Positions 55,308 to 64,000 of a DNA stretch of 64,000 bases are shown here, in pieces. A program made the position numbers and the translations under genes. Under the pieces are notes generated by a model that saw only the letters and a list, made by a program, of their open reading frames with translations, was not told the origin of the DNA and made no database searches. The stretch lies in the NCBI GenBank assembly GCA_964016885.1, contig OZ024745.1:102796001-102860000 (forward strand). The letters run 5' to 3'. The stretch is from Eledone cirrhosa. Its lineage: Eukaryota. Within the stretch, counting starts at the first letter, position 1. Every line of letters begins with the position of its first letter.

Positions 55308-58300
55308 TATAGCTCGTGAATTTCGTTATACCATATAAAAAATCAGTAATTTTGTGGACCAGGCTCATACAACTAGTGACAATAACAAACCTTAAATATA
55401 CAAATATTCTTAAGAAAATTTCTTTTCATGAAATTTATTTAAATATCAACAGAATTATGTTGTTTTATGGAGGAAAACAAACTGTATAAAACTGAAAAAT
55501 CAATATATGGTGAGCCCTTATGTTGAATAAGTTGTTAGTAAATTCACAGTTATCATAAAAGAGAAACTAGATGTTGCTCTTCTATGCTCTTCACTAAAAA
55601 TACAGAAAATCGGTTTTGTTACTATGTCATCTATTCTCCCAATGTTTTCTCAACATTCATAAATCTATCAAAACAACTTCCATTCAAATCTTCCTTGATT
55701 TATCTCTACTATAGGTACATGCCATTGCATTCCTAACTTGTATTCGTTTTCCATGCATTATGTAACATGATTTACATTGCAAGGGTAAAATAATGTAGCC
55801 CTCCTTTTACAATACATTGGGGATTAATTCTGAGGTGCAACTATTTTTTCAATGCACTTTGACTGAGTCTTTCTATACATATTTCTCATAAATAAATATT
55901 ATACATCCAACAGAACAAATTTGAACCATTCATCTTCTGCTACTGTAGATACTGCACATCCATATTTCATTGCTTTAAGATATCAAACTCCTTTATGTAT
56001 CTCATATAATCTTTGTATGCAGAAGAAATCCTGCATTGACAATAGAAATAACAATTCTCTGAATTTCTTCCAAAATATTTACACTCTAGTCACTATTCTT
56101 TTATAAAAACTACCCTGAGATCCTTAAAGCTGAAAATACATAAACATAATCATGATATGTGCATGTATATATATGCATATATATATATGTATATTATGTT
56201 GGTACCACAAGACATCCATCCTACACTGTAAAGTGGATGTGTAAAAGAAACAGCAAAAAGCACACAGTGTTAGTGTGGTTGGCATTAGGAAGAGCATTCA
56301 GCCGTAGAAAACCAGCCAGAAACTCTCCTATATGGGTGAGACCTGGTCACCCAACCTAACTTGCCTCTAAGCTGGACAAACCATGTAACCCATGCTAGCA
56401 TGGAAGATAGATGTTAATCGATGATCATGATAGAAAAGCCTTAATGGGAGGATAAATATATAAATTAGGGATAGAAATCATATATATGGCTATCAAATGG
56501 AATTTCCTCAATTGATAGACAACCAGAGAAAAAAATAGACAGAGAAAAAATCAGAGTAGCTATATATATATAGCACTTGCTATATATATATATACCTGTC
56601 ATTCATATTCAGTATACCTGTCATTCATATCAGCTCAATATGGCTGCCTTTGCTTTACTAATTTAGTTTGAGGAAGGGAAGCATATTCAGTCTTTTCTAG
56701 AATGAACAATAGTGTGGGAGAAGTAAAATGCATGTACATACCAGCAGTTGTAGAGTGTTGATAAGTGAGTGTGCCTATCAGTTGAATCTACTCAAGAATA
56801 TGCTTATGTATAAGCAGGTGCAGCATACCAAACATGTGAACAGTGTAAGATGCATTTCTGTATTCTAAAAGAGTTAGCTACTGTTAAGATGGGAAGTAAT
56901 ATCTGTTCTTAAAGATATGAATTTTATTATATAGCCTTGGTTTTGCAATATATATATGGTTGCCATATGGGCTCATTAGATACAACTTATAAGGTTGATA
57001 ATGATGACTCATTTATTGGTTTTAGCCAGGGTATTTTTCATGAATAATAAATGTGCTGTATATTTGCTTTTGTTGTTTAGCCAGATCAAACAGATCTATA
57101 ATCAAAGGCATTCCAACTATGACCATGCTGTTATGATGTATAAATAAAAAAAGAACATTTTTTGAAATTGAGATTATCAGAGAGCAGGAATATTCATTAC
57201 CACAGCACTTTGGTCTTATTGCATTTATTTTATCACATATTTTAAACTTTTATTCTTTTTTAAGGACAATAGTTATTAGACTGCAGCCATACTGAGGCAC
57301 CACATTCAAGAGTTTAATCAGTCAGATTGTCTTTAGTATCCAATTCAGTCTGGTGTTTATATATCAATTTCTCTTTGCAGAAAAGGAATAAAACATATGC
57401 AACACTAGTTGTTAAAAGCCAGTGAAAGCATAAACACACACACACATACGCACGCATACACGCACGCACGCATACGTATGTGTGTGTAAATAGTGAACAG
57501 CTTTTCTTTCAGGCATATTATATTCTTTTAACATTTAAACTGGCCATATCCGGGCAGAATTCTCTCACCTCATTTTATTCAAACCAGCCATAACTGGCCC
57601 TTCATACTGACTTTAAGATAATATTCTCAAAATAAATAATATCAAAATTCACATAGCTTCGATATTATATGAAATAATTATGTGAGGTAAAGCTTTTTAT
57701 AGAGTGATGTGAATGCTAAAGGGTTAAAGACAAAACTGTATTCAACTTTGCTATATATACGTGTAAAATTCAAATTGTTCAGATCAGAGTTTAAAGCTAA
57801 ACTTCAGGAGCCAACTGCTACACTAATCTTACTTTTTAGCTGCAGTCAAAAGTATTATACCAGTAACAGAACCCAAAATAATCTCTCAACCATTTTGATA
57901 CCAAACTACCTGAAACTGCTCATTGTTCTAGGATATAAGCTATTTGTTTCAAAATGCATATATTTATCTAAAAACACCTTGCCATAATTTTATGAAAGAA
58001 ACTATGTTCAAAATAAAAAAAAAATAATGATAATGATAAAGTTAGTTATTTTAATAAATCCCTCCAAATTCTTGATAATTTTCAAATGATTTACATATTA
58101 AAGGTAGTGTTTTTCATTAGATATTCGGTAACAAAGGGGTTAAATGAATAAAGGAGAAAAATTTCAAAGAAATAGTTTGAATGCTAATTAATTTCAAGTT
58201 TAACAAATATTGCTAATAGCAATTGTGTGGCCTCAAGGCTGTAAATTAATTTCTTAAGATTTTCTATCTTTCTATTTGATAACTTTTAGGGTTAGTGGCT

Positions 58301-59327
58301 ACACTTTAAAAGTTAGTCTTCATTCAACTCTTATGTAATGGTTATGCATTTTTTAGCAATTGTAATATGGAAAGGTAAAAAAAATATTAATTCCTTCTAA
58401 TGATTTGTTAAACTAAAAGCCCAAATTATATAATCAAACAAAATAACCCATGAAATCATCGGAGAATTATTTCTAATTTTAATTAAATAATTTCCATCTT
58501 TATTTTAAATAGCCATATCTGTGATCTAGTGAATATTATGTATGATGTGTCATCAAATTTCTAGTAATATGAAATCCTACAATTATATATTCATGTGAGG
58601 CGATTGTTGTGAAAAATAACAGCTTGATATGCTGATAGATATAAGTAAATGTTAAAGAATTCACACTTGTAAGTTTCCATCAACTGTAACACGATAACTC
58701 ATAAATATTAGTGCGTGAATAAGATTGTCGACTTGACAAGACTGAAGCCACCTAAATGATTCAGGAATTAGATATCAGATTAGTAATTCAGATTCTGCTC
58801 TTTCTTAGTTATTGTCTTTGAAAACCTCTATGCTAATGACCATATTTACACAGCAGAACATGTCAGGGAGTTGTTGGAAAAATACTTCTGTTGTATTACA
58901 TATACCGGAATAATTAACTATAAAATGAAGTAAATTAAATTGCTCAGATGGTTCTTTAAATATATTCCAGAGTTTTTCAGTTACTCAAATGATCTAATAA
59001 ATGGATGAGTTCCTGTTTTGAAAGCATAATAGCTAGAATATGTCAGAATTGTGAGAAGTTCAAGGCACTGTTTATTCTGTTGGAAACAGAGCTTCTCTCT
59101 CTATACAAAATACAGATTGTATAAAAAGTGTGATGTTGCATAGTAATAAGACATGGATATTGAATATACAAACATCAGAGAGAAACGATGTGTAATTTAT
59201 GCAGATGAAAGTGAGTTAGGAGTATCTAGGTATTAAAGGCTTCATTGATGTAATAGGGAGAGGCAACTATGCTTGTATAGAGATGTGGTGTGAATAGGAA
59301 TGAAAAATAGCTAAATGAAAAAATGAA

Positions 59328-59500
59328 ATCTTCTTCTTCTTTTTTTTCTTTTTTTTCTTCTTTTTCTTCTTTTTCCTCTTTTTCTTCTTTTTCCTCTTTT
59401 TCTTCTTTTCTTCTTCTTTTTCTCCTTCTTTTTCTTCTTTTTCTCCTTCTTTTTCTTTTTCTTCTTTTTCTTCTTTTTTTTTCTTCTTCTTCTTCTTCTT
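59328..59500. repeat. (TTC)n-like pyrimidine tract, the tail of the minus-strand RTE fragment at 59490-59710
   Basis: Directly visible. Confidence 0.85.
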
Positions 59501-61031
59501 TATTCATGAGAGGGGCGTGGAGGAAGAGTTCTCAAACACTCCTTTCAGCAGGCCCTGTCAGAAGCAACCGTCTCCAACTGATCTTGCTGGATCCCTAAGT
59601 GAGACCAACTAAGCCAATGGATGTTGCCCAACGATTTTTTTTCCTGAGACATTCTAACCACATGCCGATAGTATCAGAGCTGTGATCTCTTAATTCGGAG
59701 AAGTAGAAGGATAAAAGAAACAACATTGAAATTTTAATTAATTTACTAACTAAAATTTATTAATTATGAAATGTAATGAAGGGTGTTAATAATCTTTGCC
59801 AGTGTGATATCTCTGGGTATGTTCTGGTCTTATTAGATTTCATCAACAACTTTTGTCTTGTAGTTCAGAGCCAAATTATTCTCAGCCTAACTCATCACAA
59901 ATAAATTACTTCTATGTCAGTTGATTCATTCTTCGTGATGCTCACCAAGATATTATCAGTCTTGAGAATGTTACTGAACCAATGAACATAAATATAATCT
60001 TTCTTGATTATATGGGAACAATGTACAAGTTTGTAGAAACAAGTTGTTGTATGTGTTGCTGCTGACTCTAGCAGATCTCCAAGAAAACATGGCCACACAG
60101 TTTAGCTGCTAGTAGATTTGACAGTTTGATGCCTCTTGTTATGGACCATCCACTACCCAGTTACCTCTTTCTATCTGTTCGGACACTGCATCCTTCAAAA
60201 CTTCCATGCATCCCGAAATTTGCCAACACTATACATGATATTCCTCCTCCATGCACACACACACGTGTCTGTATGTATATCATGACTCACTGTGTCTGTA
60301 TGTATATCTGTTCACTTTCCCCAATATTTGTACATTATTCTATGTACTATACATGCACCTTTGATGAGTTGTGCACCTGAGCACTGTACACAATAATTTT
60401 CATATTTTATTACCACATTTCTAATGAAAGACACTGACTATAAATAATCAAGAATTTAGTAATATAACTAATTTTCTTATTAATTAAGCTGGTGTTTGAA
60501 ACATAACAATGGTTCTTGCGTAAAATTACAACAGAAGGTGTTTTGATAAATATAAACATATTAAAATAAACAGCTTTGTATTTGAAAATGTAAGTGCAGT
60601 ATCAGGTGCTTAGGTATCAAAAGGGTTAAATAACAACAGCTTAACACGCTTGGTGACAATTTTTATTGAATAGTCATGAAACAGCGTACTGACATAGGAG
60701 TATTTTGGTTTAAAGTTGAGAATGAGATGAAGAACAGATGTGATTACAACATCTGAAGATTTAATTACTTTAATTACTTGACAGGCAAATTTTCTGTTCA
60801 TTAAAAATGGCAGGAACATAAAATTGTATTTCAGATTAAACCAATTTCTAAAAAAAAAAATTCAATATAATGAGTATGAGGTGACAGACATAGTGTCTGT
60901 AGTAGTAATAGTAGTAGTTGTCATGGCGGCAGCAGTAGTAGCAGCAGCAGTGGTGGTGGTGGCAGGAGCAGCAAAAGAGATAGAAGGAACATGGAAATGT
61001 TGTCATTTTTAGACAATAAGTGTGTCATAAG

Positions 61032-61180
61032 ATAATTGTTTCTACTATTGGCACAAGGCCAGCAATTACCCAGTACATTACTGGTACTTTATTTTATCGA
61101 CCCCGTAAGGATGAAAGGCAAAGTTAACCTTGGCGGGATTTGAACTCAGAATGGCAAGGGCCGTAACTCTATGCCCTTGC
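61032..61180 (-). mobile_element. 5'-truncated SINE family A with 20-bp TSD
   Basis: caataagtgtgtcataagat at 61014-61033 and 61181-61200. Confidence 0.9.
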
Positions 61181-63077
61181 CAATAAGTGTGTCATAAGAT
61201 CATATACCAATATAATTATTGTCAAAAATATATTCACATTAAATTATGAATTTCCATTAAGAATGGATTATAAAGATATTTAGAAAACTTCTAGTTTTGA
61301 AACACTTTAGTCTGTACTGCAAAAAAACGTATTTTATTTTTGTCATCTTTCAGTTTTGAATCATTTAAATCATTGTTTTAAAGAATATTATTCAATTTTT
61401 TTTATTGACTTAAAGCAACGTTTTTAAGAACATATTTACGTTTCTTCTCAATCCCATTCTTCAGCCATACAAGATAGTGTAACCGAATTAGTAATTGGTA
61501 GTCAAAGTTGTTACAATAGATGCCTTATCCGATTTACCAGCACCACCAGTTTTGTGCTGGAAAGAAAACAATGGCTAATGGTTTCTGGAATATATCATCA
61601 TCATTGGCAGCAACAGCACTACCATCACCACCATCATTACTTCCACTGTCTAATGATTTAGATTTTATTAGATGTTTTGATCTTAGATCTCTTCAGCAAT
61701 GCATCATATTGACTTAACTGCTTGGCTGAACTAGATTGGTCAATTTTATATATATATATACATACTGTAAATGTGGTTGGTGTAAGGAAGAGCATCCAGC
61801 TGTAAAGCGCATGGCCAAATTTACAGTCCTTGTCGGAACATGGTACGGCATAGACAATTCTGGCCAGGCTTGTCTCCCAATGTAGATGACCCATCTAATC
61901 CATGCAAGCATGGAAAAATGGATGCTAAATGATATATTATCATCATCATCACCGTTTTACGTCCATTCTTCCACGCTAGCATGGGTTAAACATGATGAAA
62001 GACTAGGGGCTACAATGTTTGGCAATCAAACAGACACAATGTAAGGTCATCAGTCTGGATGACCCTGTCAACTGGTAGTGCTAATGGCATGATAAATGCT
62101 ACCAGTACACTTTGTAAGGTGGTTCATGTTAGGAAGGGTATCCAGCCATAGAAAGCATGCCAAATATGAAACATATGAAAAAGATGAGGTTGCATCGACC
62201 TGTGTAGTTTCAAACTGTAAAAGACAGTTCAATTTATGCCAGGGTAGAAAGTGGATGTAAAATAATGGTGATGACAATGATGGTATTATCATCATTTTAT
62301 ATCTCCTTCACTTTGAGAGAGAAGCCCTTATTTCTTTACAGTGGTACTATCACATGGAACTTCTTGTGTCCCATTCATACTGTGGTTACTATACTTTCAA
62401 TGCAACCCCTCCCACTGCTGATTAGGTCACCTAGGTAACAAAAGTTTCCACCACTTCTAAGGTGCTTCCTGTATACTTAAGGGAATCTATTTTGTGTTTG
62501 TATGCTCTTATTGCTTGTTACTCCTTTATATTTTCCATGCTAATTTTCCTGTAACTCTACTAGATCCCTTGCATGTCCATAGATTACATAATATGCACCT
62601 TATGGAGTTTTTGCCCACCTCTTTTTGACATAATAAACAAGGCCATTTCCTCATTGGTATCAGAGTCCTAACTTCTTTCTTCCTTATTAAGACACTAGCT
62701 GGCCCCCGGCTAGGTATACAGGCATTTTATCTTTTCAGGAATCCCCCCTACACTCCAGTGCCAAGATACCGCACACCCTCTCAATGGGGGGGGGGGGGGG
62801 TAACGTGCTCTGATGTTGGGCTTGAATAGTTTTTAGGATTCCCCAGTTCAGCAGCCAGTATGTTAAAGAAAATTGATAGTTACAACAATAAAGGGTGACA
62901 GAGAACACATGTTTTAACAACCATAATGGAAATTCCAAGTAACAGAAAATATTTAAATTACATTGTTAGAGCCTCAGAGTATACAATATGTTTTTTTCGG
63001 CCCTCCGGAGCAAAGATGAAGAGATTGTTTGGTGAGCTCACCCTAGAGCATCCTACATACAATTGACCATGGGAGAA

Positions 63078-63527
63078 TCACTGATCTCGTAGCTCATCTT
63101 GCGGAGAAGCTCTGTAGATGTTGACCTCTGGACACTCCTGTAAGCTGTAATGACTTAGAGGCCTACCACCAATCTCCAGGACACTGTTTTCAAGACAAAT
63201 GAGCGCCTCATTGAAAACGACATTGTATGTTACGTTCGGATTGTGTCTGCGTGTGCGGTGGTGGATGTCCTCAGCTAGACTTTTGTGGTGGTTGTTCCAC
63301 AGTGCAAGAGGGTCGGCGAGATTGCAGTTGTGCAGCATAATAACAAAAGGTTTTCGCTGAGAAGGGACGTTAGCAGTTGCTGCTTCTTGCAGGGTGAGGT
63401 GCCAATGGCTGTCATCGTGTAACATACCATGTATCTGGCAAGCCAAATGGTAAGTGGAACATTGATGGCCATTGATCGTTCTCAGATCTTGGAAAGACTG
63501 TGGTCCTCTAACCTCGAACAGTAACAA
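63078..63527 (-). pseudogene. Helitron RepHel fragment (region between Rep and the Pif1 helicase)
   Basis: LLFEVRGPQSFQDLRTING...TYHLAC...GMLHDDSHW..TLQEAA, P..LW..H..SLAED, NEALI.LE. Confidence 0.85.
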
Positions 63528-64000
63528 TGACGATAAGCCATCTGTGCTTTCGTGAAATAAATAGGTTTTTGTGTATGCAAAAATATCTGTACACGAATAT
63601 ATATATTAAAATAACAGATTAAAGTTTAAGCAAAGGCTTTCACCCTTAACGGGATCTTCTGAAACTAAAAAAATCAATCTGTGAACGCAGAAGTAAATAT
63701 TTCGAAAAACGTTATCTAATGCAGACATACAGAGACATATTATAAGGGTGCTATGTTATAGCTATGTATCTATCTAAAAAGACAGACTAAGAAAAAGAGG
63801 GGAATGTTGTGCGATGTCATAAGAAAAAGTGAGGAATGTATAACCGTATAACCGGAAGTGTTGACATTTGAAATTTTAAAGAAGTGAATATTTAAATAAT
63901 GTCTTTAATCTTTTAACAAAATTCAGTAGACAAAAATACCCTCACTTTTTTACTTGGAAAAAGTTACATCTGTGGTGCAAATTTGGTGCTGTTTGGTCCA

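Noticed and set aside
55560-56110. Possible decayed hAT-like transposase on the minus strand
   Set aside because: Only a hint of a C..H.LHNA motif across frameshifts; too degraded to call.

Overview
Repeat-saturated, AT-rich animal DNA, probably from an octopus or other cephalopod (inferred from the SINE families), with a 200-N scaffold gap at 25459-25658. I could not support any host gene. Most of the long ORFs in the track are translations of (TA/TG/CA)n microsatellites. The window holds decayed RTE, CR1, CRE and R4-like LINEs, many tRNA-derived SINEs, piggyBac- and pogo-like MITEs, a Chapaev3 DNA transposon with TIRs and a TAA target duplication, Helitron remnants, and several Penelope-type minimal hammerhead ribozymes. 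The standout is a young endogenous parvovirus (densovirus-like) at about 33.7-37.2 kb on the minus strand. It has an intact 309-nt terminal hairpin and a TATA promoter. Its complete PLA2-bearing capsid ORF lies upstream of the NS1 body, apparently nested inside a canonical GT-AG intron of NS1, with an 18-codon exon 1 splicing in frame to exon 2. NS1 keeps its HUH nuclease and Walker A but lacks the rest of the SF3 helicase. The junctions (an RTE-derived retroposon 3' end, a poly(A) fragment, an inverted 76-bp capsid fragment and a TSD-like flank) suggest capture by serial template jumping of a LINE reverse transcriptase.
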